Part shown: piece by piece, positions 47,968-58,072 of the stretch
Numbering within the stretch: the first letter of the stretch is position 1
Layout of the letters: each line of letters begins with the position of its first letter
Position numbers and translations under genes: made by a program
The notes under the pieces: generated by a model
What the model was told of the DNA's origin: nothing
Databases searched by the model: none
The model's input: only the letters and a program-made list of their open reading frames with translations
Assembly (NCBI GenBank): GCA_009993885.1
Contig: JAACSN010000004.1
Span: 59,106-123,105, forward strand
Reading direction: 5' to 3'
Source: Alphaproteobacteria bacterium
GTDB taxonomy: Bacteria; Pseudomonadota; Alphaproteobacteria; Caedimonadales; UBA9215
Length of the DNA: 64,000 bases

Positions 47968-49851
47968 ATGGTAAATCAGATGAAATTAATATTTAAATCA
48001 TTTTTAACATTGGCAATATTAATCGCAAATTTCTCACAAATAGATTGCCTTGCAAAACCGGCAAATAAAACAAGCATCAATCTAATAAAGCCTGCCGATC
48101 CTAAAACAGAAACCAAAGACGAACTCCTTCAAGAACTTCTCCCCAAAGAAGAGATAACAGAGTTTGACATCACAACACAAGAAAGTCCTCTTGATGTCGT
48201 TCGATCTGCCGAAACCTTAGAAGATTATGTACAGCCCTACGGCTTTAAAAATCCTCCCTCAAAAGAAGACCGCCTTTTACAAGAAAAAGGCCTGCAAATT
48301 GCCCCGGCAGAACTGGATAGACTTTTATATCCTCGTCCCGGAAAAACACAGGAAGAGGAGGAAAGCCCCCTCGCGTCAAAAGCACTCCTGAAATTAGACT
48401 TAAAGGGACAACAAGAAAACCTCGAGCCCTTTCAAATGGCTCGTAATCAAGCCTTAGTTCAAGACCTCGGCAACGGAGAGTTTGAAGTCGATGCAAGCTT
48501 TGAGCGTCAAATCCCAACATTAATTGATATGAACAAACTGGCCTATGCCATCGGAAAGCGCGGTACGTTAGACGGAGAATACGATAAACTCATAGATAAA
48601 TTAAAAGGAAATCTCAAAATAAGAGGCTGGGAAATCGAAGAATTTGCAGGCAAAACCGGCAAAGGAAACAAAAAAGACGATATCCCGGGTTTTGTCGCCT
48701 ATAACAAAGAACAAAATGTCATGACCGTTATTGTGAGAGGATCACAAACACGGGAAGATGATGACGGCTCCCCCGATTGGGAAGTTAACTTTGACGCTCA
48801 GCTCATCGACTTTCCCTTCGGTAAGGTTCATGGCGGTTTCTATAATCGTACAAAAGCCATGTTGCCCAATATTCAACGAGCCATGAATCGTTTTATTGAT
48901 GACTTGGATAACGAAACAAAATCTAAAATCAAAGTCGTTGTAAGCGGTCATAGCCAAGGAGCTGCCCTTGCGTCTATCCTTATGCCTCTTTTAGCGGAAA
49001 TTTACACGGCCAACGGAAAATTTGGCTCCAAGTTTAACAATGCCCTGTCAAATGTTTTTCAAGGCTACTTTATTTCAACACCTCGCGTATACTCGGGAGA
49101 TAGCGCCGTTAACTGGATTAATAGCGTCGTCGGAGAACATAATATGATTCGACAAAATGTCACGGGCGGTATTCTTGCAGACCCCGTTCCCGTTGGTTCT
49201 CCCGGGCGCACGATGACTGCTCTCCTAAGTCTTATACCCTTTTTCGGAGAAGGACTTGCCGAGAAATACGGCGGCGACAAGGGAACCAGATCCGTCGGCT
49301 ATTTAGCGGCAGATTGGTCTGGTGATGTGCTAACCCGTCAACTCGGAAATGATGCCTTAAGCCTTGTCGCAAGACGCGCTAAAGGCTATTTCTGGAATCG
49401 TTGGGATATCCTTGTAGATGCCGCAAAGAAGCCTTGGCATCTTCTTACCTTAAAAACACAAAAGAAACTCTTTACACAACTTATGTTAGAACCCGTCAAG
49501 GACGGCCTAACAACGCTGGTGGCTCCTTTACACTATGGCTCCACGAACTCCGGGGTTGAGGAAGGAGAAGGTTTGTTTAGGCGGGATATTGTTGCAGGTT
49601 ATAACGATAGCTCCCCCACCATGGCCGAACTGCTGGCTCAAGGCTTTCAAAAGAAAAAATCGGAGAGAGAAGGTCTCAGCGGCTTTATTCGAGGCGGCAT
49701 TGAAGAAGCAGCCCGACAAAAAGCAAATCTCCCCGACCTTGCTGCCGTTGCTTCGGGCATAAAAACAACTGTCACAGATGCGGCTAAAACAGTAGCAGGC
49801 GGCCTAAAAAGTGCTTTTTCCGGATTCAAAAAGAAACTCTTCGGACTTTAA
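47968..49851 (+). CDS. Secreted class-3 lipase-family (alpha/beta hydrolase) protein
   Basis: Signal peptide (M)KLIFKSFLTLAILIANFSQIDCLA. Nucleophile elbow VVVSGHSQGAALAS at nt ~48945-48959. It is preceded by RGS....D...DW..N and HGGF, typical of Lipase_3. Confidence 0.75.
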   Translation: MVNQMKLIFKSFLTLAILIANFSQIDCLAKPANKTSINLIKPADPKTETKDELLQELLPKEEITEFDITTQESPLDVVRSAETLEDYVQPYGFKNPPSKEDRLLQEKGLQIAPAELDRLLYPRPGKTQEEEESPLASKALLKLDLKGQQENLEPFQMARNQALVQDLGNGEFEVDASFERQIPTLIDMNKLAYAIGKRGTLDGEYDKLIDKLKGNLKIRGWEIEEFAGKTGKGNKKDDIPGFVAYNKEQNVMTVIVRGSQTREDDDGSPDWEVNFDAQLIDFPFGKVHGGFYNRTKAMLPNIQRAMNRFIDDLDNETKSKIKVVVSGHSQGAALASILMPLLAEIYTANGKFGSKFNNALSNVFQGYFISTPRVYSGDSAVNWINSVVGEHNMIRQNVTGGILADPVPVGSPGRTMTALLSLIPFFGEGLAEKYGGDKGTRSVGYLAADWSGDVLTRQLGNDALSLVARRAKGYFWNRWDILVDAAKKPWHLLTLKTQKKLFTQLMLEPVKDGLTTLVAPLHYGSTNSGVEEGEGLFRRDIVAGYNDSSPTMAELLAQGFQKKKSEREGLSGFIRGGIEEAARQKANLPDLAAVASGIKTTVTDAAKTVAGGLKSAFSGFKKKLFGL

Positions 49852-49918
49852 ATTAATTAACTTTTTATTAACTAAATAAGCATGAATATACATCTGGGAC
49901 TTTATATAGGAAAATAAA

Positions 49919-50857
49919 ATGGATAAAAAATATCTACTCACAACAGCTTTAGGTCTTGTCTTTATGAGCGGTTATGTTCATGCAGCAGTTACGCCTCACC
50001 CTTGGGTTCAAAAGGTTGTGGATGAAATTACAAAATACGGGCAAAGCGAAGCCTGTGCCGACGGGCGTGCCTTAAGAAAAGGGCACAACAACTGTTCGAC
50101 AAAGGACGGAGCTTCCATTGCAAAAATTGTTTGTACAACCCATGACCATATCTATCGTGAAAAATTTGAAAAAGGCCAGTGTGGTGTAAAATCAGCTAAA
50201 ATGTTTGGCGGTGTTGATGATGTCGGTGCCTATTTTGAAAGGGCAATCGACCTTGGAAAAGCCGATGCCATTGCCCTTGCTTGCCAAACACCGTTGGCAC
50301 AACTCAGAGGAAAACTCAAAGAAGTTGCTGAAAAGAAATGTGACGGCAACGGCGGTGTCAAACAAGCTGCGCCTGCACGCCCTGCGGCTGCGGCTCCTAT
50401 GCTCAAGCCTTCCGAACTTAAAAAGGGGGCAGGGTATATGGACGAACTCATGAAAGTTCTAAGGGACGGCCCTAAACTAAAGCCTGTCAATAGAAGGCTC
50501 AGCATCGGTGGTGCGTCAAAAACAACTACTGCAGGCGCGCCTTTGACTCTGGAGGCTGTTACGATTCCGGAAATTACAGACCCTGTCGTTAAGCAAGATC
50601 TGCTTACAGCAGCCGATCAGCTTAATAAGTCACTGCAAGCCCTTGTACAAGTCCTTGATTCAGGTGAAGCCGTACAAGCTGTCGGGCTTGATACCCTTAA
50701 CACCCTTACTCAAAAACTCAAAGGCGCGACAACACAACAAGAACTTGCAGCAGTTGTGAAAAAAAGTAACGATGAAGTCGTTGGGTGGACATCAGAAAAA
50801 GCCAAGAATAAACAATTGTTAGATAGCATGCGCAGCAAACCCCTCTTTGCGGAATAA
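49919..50857 (+). CDS. Secreted hypothetical protein with a Cys-containing N-domain, an Ala/Pro tract and a WH2-like motif
   Basis: Signal peptide MDKKYLLTTALGLVFMSGYVHA. WH2-like motif YMDELMKVLRDGPKLKPV at nt 50435-50488. Confidence 0.5.
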   Translation: MDKKYLLTTALGLVFMSGYVHAAVTPHPWVQKVVDEITKYGQSEACADGRALRKGHNNCSTKDGASIAKIVCTTHDHIYREKFEKGQCGVKSAKMFGGVDDVGAYFERAIDLGKADAIALACQTPLAQLRGKLKEVAEKKCDGNGGVKQAAPARPAAAAPMLKPSELKKGAGYMDELMKVLRDGPKLKPVNRRLSIGGASKTTTAGAPLTLEAVTIPEITDPVVKQDLLTAADQLNKSLQALVQVLDSGEAVQAVGLDTLNTLTQKLKGATTQQELAAVVKKSNDEVVGWTSEKAKNKQLLDSMRSKPLFAE

Positions 50858-50959
50858 GGCTCTATTTTACGATAACCTTAGAGGCAGCTTTTTAAAAGAA
50901 AGCTCTCGGCTCACAAAAAAGGCCGAGGGCTTTCGTTTTTTGGAGAGATTCCCCTCCTC

Positions 50960-52285
50960 TCATTCGGCATATAAATCGGCTCGTGTACCGGGGAGGCCTG
51001 AAGAGCCTTTGTCTTTGCTACGCTTGGTTGCAACCACTTGATAAAGCAAAATTGACCCGCTCCAAAAACCAAAAGAAACACCCGCTAAATAGGAAAGCCA
51101 CATACGATATTTCTCAAGACCAACGGCCTTAATCGCAGCTTCTTTATTGGATGATAAGCGTTGGCACCAGAGTTTGCAGGTCAAAGCGTAATGCTCTCTC
51201 CAACCTTCCACATCATGAATTTCAAAACCGTAGGCTTCCATAGCTTCAAGGGTTGTCGCGATGGGTGCTAATTCCGAACCGGGAAAAATATATTTTAAAA
51301 TCAGGCGCTTTTCCGGCGTAATAGATCGGGCACGCTTTTTATTCGCCTTAGCACGCCGCGCAATACCATGATTTAAAAAGGTTCCGTTGTCCCTCAAAAG
51401 CGAACGCACCTTCTTAAAATATTCCGGGAATTTATCTAAACCGATGTGTTCAAACATCCCGATGCTTGAAATACGATCATATTGACCGTCAAGGGTAATA
51501 TAATCTCGGATCTCAAGTGTCACCCGGTCTTGCAAACCCAAGTCTTTGACCTTGGCCGTTGCATAATCATATTGCGTTTGAGACAAAGTCACGCCGTGAG
51601 CCTTAACACCATAGTTCTTGGCGGCATAGCACACCAAAGCCCCCCAACCACACCCGATATCCAAAAATCTATCTCCTTTTTGCAAGCGTAATTTCCGGCA
51701 AATCATCTCGAGCTTATCCGTTTGGGCTTGCTCAAGGGAGGTAGACCAATCTTTAAAATAAGCACAGGAATACAGCATTTCAGGATCCAAAAAGAGTTTA
51801 TAAAACGCATTACTCACATCATAATGAAACTGAATAAAATCCTTGTTGTTACGCTGTTTATCGTCAAAGCCCGTTTCATCTTTTGCGTACCCGTGATCCA
51901 ACCGAGGCTTGAAACTTTTCACCAATAAAAAGGGCCACAATTTTTTTATAATAAAAAACTTATCCAGCTTTTTAAGATCCTTTTTCTTAGTACTGTTCCT
52001 TAGGGTTTGAATAAAATCCATAAGATCCTCGCCCCCTTCAATGAGAATATTTCCACACGCATAATGACGCATAATAGTTTCAAGATTAGGATGCTTTAAA
52101 AGAGAGGCAATAACGCCCTTATGGGCAACGGTAAGGGTCAAATCTGATTTACCGACTTCACCTAAAGGTATTTTTGAACCGTCCCATAAAATCACCGTAA
52201 TAGGAGCCTGAAGGGCTTCGGCCACATAGGATAAACAGTCCTTCAAGGACTTAATTAATTTCTCATCGGAGAAAATTGAACACAT
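50960..52285 (-). CDS. cfa: Cyclopropane-fatty-acyl-phospholipid synthase-family methyltransferase
   Basis: HYD.SN.FY.LFLD..M.YSCAYF; FLDIGCGWG; ISSIGMFEH.G. Confidence 0.88.
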   Translation of the reverse strand: MCSIFSDEKLIKSLKDCLSYVAEALQAPITVILWDGSKIPLGEVGKSDLTLTVAHKGVIASLLKHPNLETIMRHYACGNILIEGGEDLMDFIQTLRNSTKKKDLKKLDKFFIIKKLWPFLLVKSFKPRLDHGYAKDETGFDDKQRNNKDFIQFHYDVSNAFYKLFLDPEMLYSCAYFKDWSTSLEQAQTDKLEMICRKLRLQKGDRFLDIGCGWGALVCYAAKNYGVKAHGVTLSQTQYDYATAKVKDLGLQDRVTLEIRDYITLDGQYDRISSIGMFEHIGLDKFPEYFKKVRSLLRDNGTFLNHGIARRAKANKKRARSITPEKRLILKYIFPGSELAPIATTLEAMEAYGFEIHDVEGWREHYALTCKLWCQRLSSNKEAAIKAVGLEKYRMWLSYLAGVSFGFWSGSILLYQVVATKRSKDKGSSGLPGTRADLYAE

Positions 52286-52387
52286 TAATCGATACTCCTA
52301 AGGGGGTTTTACGTATGGCATGTAAGTCTGATAAATACTCTATAGAAGCACAAAAAGAGCGTGTAAAGTCAAATGCAATGTCTCTTC

Positions 52388-53191
52388 TTATAAGCCCAGA
52401 ACATTACGCATGTTATAAAGGCCCGGTTCTTGGGTCACAACCCACTTTGCCGCTCTTACCGCTCCCCCGGCAAAAACTGCTCGTTTGAGCGCTCTATGGG
52501 ACAAAGTAAGCATTTCTTCTTGTGACGTAAAAAGAGCGCTATGGTCTCCGATCACACCGCCGCCTCGAAGGACGGCAAAACCGATCTCGCCCGGCTTTCG
52601 TTCTGTTTGCTTTTCTCCCCGGCAATCAAAGGAGGCCACAGAATCAAAGGGTACTCCCCTCCCCCGTGCTGCAAAATCGCCCAAGGTCAGAGCTGTTCCC
52701 GACGGGGCATCTTTTTTATGACGGTGATGCATTTCAAGAATTTCAATATCAAAATCTTCTCCCAAGAGGGCAGCTGTCTTTTCTACTAAAGCATTGAGAA
52801 CCGTAATCCCAAGACTCATATTGGTATCGTAAACCACGGGCACCGCACGGGCTAATATTTCCATTAACAGATGATCTTCACGAGCCAATCCCGTTGTCCC
52901 GATAACAAGAGGCGTTTGCATTTCAAGGGCTTTTCCTAAAAAGCCCGTTGTTGCCGTCGGCAGGGTAAAATCAATCATCACATCGGCTTTTTGAAAGGCC
53001 GAGGATAAATCACTTTGGTAAAGCGCCGATCCATATAAGGGATTTTTGAGGCCAAGTGGTTTTCCCTCAAGATCGTGCCCTTGACGCACCAGTGCCGAAC
53101 TTAAAAGCGTTTCGTTATCTTCACAAATCACTTTCATGAGCTCTTGACCCATACGGCCGTTTGCGCCTAACACTCCGATATGACAAACCAT
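52388..53191 (-). CDS. dapB: 4-hydroxy-tetrahydrodipicolinate reductase
   Basis: GANGRMG; DFT.P; E.HH..KKDAPSGTA. Confidence 0.9.
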   Translation of the reverse strand: MVCHIGVLGANGRMGQELMKVICEDNETLLSSALVRQGHDLEGKPLGLKNPLYGSALYQSDLSSAFQKADVMIDFTLPTATTGFLGKALEMQTPLVIGTTGLAREDHLLMEILARAVPVVYDTNMSLGITVLNALVEKTAALLGEDFDIEILEMHHRHKKDAPSGTALTLGDFAARGRGVPFDSVASFDCRGEKQTERKPGEIGFAVLRGGGVIGDHSALFTSQEEMLTLSHRALKRAVFAGGAVRAAKWVVTQEPGLYNMRNVLGL

Positions 53192-53322
53192 AAAACAGCT
53201 CCTAGTTTTGCATAATTATAGCATAACACCGTCAAAAACCCTATAAAGGATTTGATAGGAAGCGCCGGTCTGTGTTAGGCTTTTAAAAATCCCAAAAGTC
53301 CGATAGGTAAAGAGAATATCAA

Positions 53323-53589
53323 ATGTTTAAAGCCCTTAAGATCATTTTATCCGTTTTCATTGCCCTCATAGTAACGGTTTTTGCCGTTAAAAACAGCCGT
53401 GTGGTTGCCATTGATCTTTGGCCTCTGCCCTTGCAATTTAAACTCACTTTGTCCCTTGTCCTTATTGGCACCTTTACGGTCGGAGCCCTTGCCGGAGGCC
53501 TTCTTGTGTGGATTTCCCAAATCAGCAAACGCTTTTTAAAGCCCGCTGAAAAAGAATCCCGCCATACCCTTCCCCAAGATTTAAACTAG
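53323..53589 (+). CDS. LapA-domain (DUF1049) inner-membrane protein
   Basis: Two TM helices. FAVKNSRVVAIDLWPL is typical of the family. Confidence 0.6.
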   Translation: MFKALKIILSVFIALIVTVFAVKNSRVVAIDLWPLPLQFKLTLSLVLIGTFTVGALAGGLLVWISQISKRFLKPAEKESRHTLPQDLN

Positions 53590-53770
53590 TCTCTTGGAGT
53601 GATAAAAGGCGACATCGAAATGCCGCCTTTTCTTTTACGGTTTTAGTCTTCTCTCTATTGTGAGTGATATTGGCAAAAGACATTCCACAAACGGTCAGGC
53701 ATATTTTTAGGTTGTGGCATTTTCTCAATGGGGTGAAGCCAAGGTAATGTAGTTAAATGCAAGCCGGAGT

Positions 53771-53821
53771 AAATAAAATGGGTAATCCCCCAGCATAGCT
53801 GGGGGATTACCCATTTTATTT
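53771..53821. terminator. Perfect 21-bp-stem hairpin between convergent genes (bidirectional terminator candidate)
   Basis: aaataaaatgggtaatccccc-agcatagct-gggggattacccattttattt. Confidence 0.6.
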
Positions 53822-53838
53822 AGACATCTCCCTCCCCG

Positions 53839-55503
53839 TTAGAACTGTAGGGGTCTCGGATCTTGCGTAAAGCCCTGATAAGCGGTTTTATCCGCCTTAG
53901 AAATGCTGGTATCTTCGTAAAAAGGTTCATCCTCATTTTCAATGATTGTTGCCCGTAGAAAAATCACCAGCTCTGTTACGGTGCGGTCATTGGATTTCCC
54001 CTTAAAAAGCTCACCCAACAAGGGCACATCCTCAATTTCAGGCACGCCGTCCCTTTCGTTACTCGAACGCTCTTCCATCAATCCCCCCACAACAACAATC
54101 TCACCGGAATTCATGGATAAAATAGAATCCAGTTCGCGCACTTGGACTTCCGGCACCAAGGATTGAAGAGCTTGATTCGAGGCAATACCGACGGCCGGAT
54201 CAGGGACTTCCCTTGAGATCTGTGAAATGGTCGGGCGTAACGTCATGATAATACGACCGTTTTCGCTAATACTGGGATGAACATACATCATCAATCCAAT
54301 GGGAACGGTTTTGACATCGCTTGAATAATAGGTACGTTCTTGTTTATCAAAATAACTGTGTTCCCGCGTATAATTCAGCTTGAAATACACCTTATTCTTA
54401 GCGACCTTTAAAACAGCCGGATTATTATTCATAACCGTTAAGCGCGGATTCGACAGCGTTCGAACGGTTCCAAAATGGTTGAGCAAACTCAAGAGCCCCG
54501 TGATCTTTTGCGCATTTCCTCCAAGGGTAAAAACATTGCGAGGGGGCGGCAAAGTCTCATTCAAATGCCCCGGTGTTGCAATGTCTCCCAAAGGCATTTG
54601 CAAGACAAAATCGCCCTTAAGAGCGTTCCAATTAATACCTGTTTTAAACTGATCCTTAAGATTGACTTCCACAATTTTAGCTTCGATCAAAACCTGACGC
54701 TCAATACTTTTTTGTAAAATATCAAGATAACGCCTTAGTTGTTGGTGCTTGGCTTGCGTTGCATAAATAGAAATAATGCCCGCTTGTTTATGAATACTGT
54801 ATTTTCCTTGGGGAGGTTGATCGCCGTTTGCGGCAACGTCAGAAAAGTCATTTAAAATAATAGAAAGGTTATCGCTTAATTCCTCCCAGAAATCCGTCTT
54901 GGTTTCCGCCGTTAAATACGTATTCGAGCCGTTATCTTCATCGGGGCGTGTACCCCCTTCAAGGGTTGTAAAAACATCTGTTGCAATGGACAAGCGATTG
55001 CGGTTGGCCCGTGCCATCAACAAGAATTGTAAATTATAATTGTGAGCAAAAGGCGTGTCTTTTTCGATGCGTAAAATGGAATTATTAATACGATATCGCA
55101 ACCCTTGAGAGCGGCAAATTTCATCCACCACATCAATCATAGGACGTCCCGTTGCATGTAAAGTTGTTCCCCCTGTGACTTGCGGATCAATAATAATATC
55201 CACCCCAATTTGCTGGGCCAGCGCTAAAAAGAGCTCTTTCAACGGAACACTATTGGTTACCGTGACGGTCACATCTTTTTTAAAGGCAAGAGGAATGGGA
55301 GGAGGCGTATAAAAGGAAACGCGTTTTTTCTTATGCCGTTTTTGGAAAGGTTGAACAGGCGCCTTTGTTAATTGATCATAATCTTGTTTTTGATAAGCCA
55401 ATTTCGGATCATGGTATTGCCATTCTTTACGGGTATCACAACTGCTCAAGAAAAAAGCAGAAAAAAGCCCTAGAAAAAGAGTAAAAAATGCCTGCCTGTC
55501 CAT
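53839..55503 (-). CDS. Secretin-family outer-membrane lipoprotein (MshL/PilQ/GspD-like)
   Basis: Lipobox FFLSSC. C-terminal secretin core: LSNPRLTVMNN.PA...V......F; VP.LG.LF......R...ELVIFLRATII. Confidence 0.8.
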   Translation of the reverse strand: MDRQAFFTLFLGLFSAFFLSSCDTRKEWQYHDPKLAYQKQDYDQLTKAPVQPFQKRHKKKRVSFYTPPPIPLAFKKDVTVTVTNSVPLKELFLALAQQIGVDIIIDPQVTGGTTLHATGRPMIDVVDEICRSQGLRYRINNSILRIEKDTPFAHNYNLQFLLMARANRNRLSIATDVFTTLEGGTRPDEDNGSNTYLTAETKTDFWEELSDNLSIILNDFSDVAANGDQPPQGKYSIHKQAGIISIYATQAKHQQLRRYLDILQKSIERQVLIEAKIVEVNLKDQFKTGINWNALKGDFVLQMPLGDIATPGHLNETLPPPRNVFTLGGNAQKITGLLSLLNHFGTVRTLSNPRLTVMNNNPAVLKVAKNKVYFKLNYTREHSYFDKQERTYYSSDVKTVPIGLMMYVHPSISENGRIIMTLRPTISQISREVPDPAVGIASNQALQSLVPEVQVRELDSILSMNSGEIVVVGGLMEERSSNERDGVPEIEDVPLLGELFKGKSNDRTVTELVIFLRATIIENEDEPFYEDTSISKADKTAYQGFTQDPRPLQF

Positions 55504-55670
55504 AAAAGTGTGATTCTTTTCTTATACTTATGAAGCATCATACCACACTGTAAAAACAATCATCCTAAAAAATATAGAAAAGATAAGAAAGAAAAAAGAG
55601 CCCCTCAAAGTGAAATGAGGAGCTCTCTTGGATCGAGGTCTTAAAGACCTCTCTAAAACTATTTGGGGTT

Positions 55671-56102
55671 TTATGCTGTTGCTGCAGCAGGCATTGTTTC
55701 TTGATCGGCTGAAACTTCTTTTTCACCCTTAGGTTTTGCAGAAGGATCACGATCAATAAATTCGATATAAGCCATAGGCGCATTATCACCATAGCGATAT
55801 CCTGCTTTGATAATGCGAAGATAACCGCCCGGACGATCCGCATAACGCTTAGCAAGCACATCAAGAAGCTTTGTTGCCGTTTCGTTGCTACCGAGTTTTG
55901 AAATCAATTGACGACGCGCGTGCAATGTATTTTTCTTGCCCAATGTAACCAATTTTTCAACAATTGGACGCAAGTCTTTTGCTTTGGGGACGGTTGTCTT
56001 AATTTGCTCAAACTGAATCAATGACTTTGCAAGGTTTGCAAACATTGACTTACGATGGGCAGAAGGACGGTTAAATTTACGACCGCTAAGTCCGTGACGC
56101 AT
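55671..56102 (-). CDS. rplQ: 50S ribosomal protein L17
   Basis: MRHG..GRK..R...HR..M..NL...L...E.I.TT..KAK. Confidence 0.95.
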   Translation of the reverse strand: MRHGLSGRKFNRPSAHRKSMFANLAKSLIQFEQIKTTVPKAKDLRPIVEKLVTLGKKNTLHARRQLISKLGSNETATKLLDVLAKRYADRPGGYLRIIKAGYRYGDNAPMAYIEFIDRDPSAKPKGEKEVSADQETMPAAATA

Positions 56103-56125
56103 GGTATTCTCCTAAACTCTAAATC

Positions 56126-57139
56126 TTAATAATTATCTTCAAGCTTACGGGAAAGCTCATCAATATTTTCCGGCGGCCACTCAGGAACCAACAAACCGAG
56201 CTCAAGCCCCATATCCACCAAAACCTCACGGATTTCGTTCAAGGATTTACGACCAAAGTTCGGTGTACGCAAAAGCTCTGATTCTGTTTTTTGAACCAAA
56301 TCACCGATATAAACAATGTTCTCATTCTTTAAGCAGTTTGCAGAACGAACGGATAGCTCAAGCTCTTCAACTTTGCGAAGAAGATTACGATTAAAGGGAA
56401 GCTCTGTTGCTTCTTCCTCAATCAATTCATCTTCAGGCTCTTGGAATGTCACAAACTGAACCAGCTGATCTTGAAGGATACGAGCAGCAAGAGCCACAGC
56501 ATCTTCAGGCTTAACGGAACCGTTTGTCTCAACATCAAGGATTAACTTATCAAAGTCAGTTTTTTGACCGACACGGGCAGCTTCCACTTTAACGGAAACA
56601 CGCTTTACAGGACTAAAAAGCGCATCAACGGCAATATGTCCGATAGGCGAATCATCTTTTTTTAGCTGAGCTGCCGGCACATAGCCTTTACCCGTCTCAA
56701 TGGTCACTTCCATATTCAAAGAAGCCCCTTGATCCAAGTGGCAGATCACAAAATCAGGATCAAGAAAAACGACATCGCCTGTTTCTTCAAAATCAGAGGC
56801 CGTTACGACACCCGGTTTCTTAACGGAAAGCTTAACTTTGCGCGGAGCGTCCGAATTCTTGCGAATGGCAAGACTTTTCAAATTTAAAATGATCTCGGCG
56901 ACATCTTCCAATACACCGGGGATGGTGGAGAATTCGTGCTGAACACCTTCGATCCGAATACCTGTAACCGCTGCACCTTGCAAAGAAGAAAGCATCACAC
57001 GACGCAAAGCCGTTCCCAATGTCATACCGAAACCACGCTCAAGGGGTTCGGCTATAATGGAACCGCGACGGGTTTCGTCCTTTGACTTAACATTAAGCTT
57101 ATAAGGCTTAATAAGGGATTGCCAATTTTTTCTAATCAC
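56126..57139 (-). CDS. rpoA: DNA-directed RNA polymerase alpha subunit
   Basis: GFG.TLG.ALRRV.LSS..G.A; C-terminal domain [13 protein letters not shown]...I..IGDLV. Confidence 0.95.
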   Translation of the reverse strand: MIRKNWQSLIKPYKLNVKSKDETRRGSIIAEPLERGFGMTLGTALRRVMLSSLQGAAVTGIRIEGVQHEFSTIPGVLEDVAEIILNLKSLAIRKNSDAPRKVKLSVKKPGVVTASDFEETGDVVFLDPDFVICHLDQGASLNMEVTIETGKGYVPAAQLKKDDSPIGHIAVDALFSPVKRVSVKVEAARVGQKTDFDKLILDVETNGSVKPEDAVALAARILQDQLVQFVTFQEPEDELIEEEATELPFNRNLLRKVEELELSVRSANCLKNENIVYIGDLVQKTESELLRTPNFGRKSLNEIREVLVDMGLELGLLVPEWPPENIDELSRKLEDNY

Positions 57140-57193
57140 TTAACTGCTCCTAAAAAAGTCTTCTTAACCACAATGCGTGGTCTACAAATTTAT

Positions 57194-57586
57194 TTATACG
57201 CGGCGACGGTTCGGGGGACGACATCCGTTATGGGGCACAGGGGTGCAATCACGAATAGACGTTACGGTCAAACCAAGGGCATGCAAGCCGCGCAAAGCAG
57301 ACTCACGACCGGAACCGGGACCCGTCACTTCAACATCAAGGGTTTTAAGCCCGTGTTCCATGGCTTTGCGACCGGCATCCTCAGCCGCCATTTGAGCAGC
57401 ATAAGGTGTTGATTTACGAGATCCTCGGAATCCCATGGCACCGGCCGTTGACCAAGAAATCGCATTTCCTTGTGCATCGGTAATTGTAATCATTGTGTTG
57501 TTAAAAGTCGCACTAATATGAGCAACACCATTACTGATGTTTTTACGCTCGCGGCGACGTACTTTCGTTGCGGATGGCTTTGCCAT
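57194..57586 (-). CDS. rpsK: 30S ribosomal protein S11
   Basis: G.AHI.ATFNNT.ITITD..GN...W...G..GF.GSRKSTP.AAQ. Confidence 0.95.
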   Translation of the reverse strand: MAKPSATKVRRRERKNISNGVAHISATFNNTMITITDAQGNAISWSTAGAMGFRGSRKSTPYAAQMAAEDAGRKAMEHGLKTLDVEVTGPGSGRESALRGLHALGLTVTSIRDCTPVPHNGCRPPNRRRV

Positions 57587-57616
57587 ATTTTTAAAACCCT
57601 ACGTTAGCTAACTTAC

Positions 57617-57985
57617 TTATTTCTTTTTACCTGCAATGGCAACGGCCTTACCACGACGCGTGCGCGCATTGGTGTGGGTACGTTGACCGCGAACAGGCAA
57701 TTTTTTGCGATGACGAAGCCCCTTGTAACAACCAAGGTCTGTAAAACGCTTAATATTCATAGAAACTTCACGACGAAGATCACCTTCTACGCGATAATTG
57801 CTTTCAATATACTCACGGATCTTTAGAATTTCATCGTCTGTCAATTGATTCACACGACGTTTATCCTCAATGCCGACATGATCACAGATCAATTTGGCTT
57901 TATGCGGACCAATACCAAAGATATAGCGCAAACCAATTTCAACACGTTTTTGGCTTGGGATGTTAACACCTGCTATACGAGCCAC
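57617..57985 (-). CDS. rpsM: 30S ribosomal protein S13
   Basis: Start re-called to the GTG at 57985 (AAGGAG RBS; (M)ARIAGVNIP). Also [18 protein letters not shown]. Confidence 0.92.
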   Translation of the reverse strand: MARIAGVNIPSQKRVEIGLRYIFGIGPHKAKLICDHVGIEDKRRVNQLTDDEILKIREYIESNYRVEGDLRREVSMNIKRFTDLGCYKGLRHRKKLPVRGQRTHTNARTRRGKAVAIAGKKK

Positions 57986-58072
57986 TCTCTTCTCCTTTTT
58001 AAACAATAGTTAATGACGATAAATAAGAATATTTGGGGCAAAAGTCAAGCCCTAAATGTTTTTCTTTTTACC

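Noticed and set aside
55565-55864. 99-aa minus-strand ORF overlapping the 3' end of rplQ
   Set aside because: It is out of frame with L17, has no RBS, and has a junk-like sequence.
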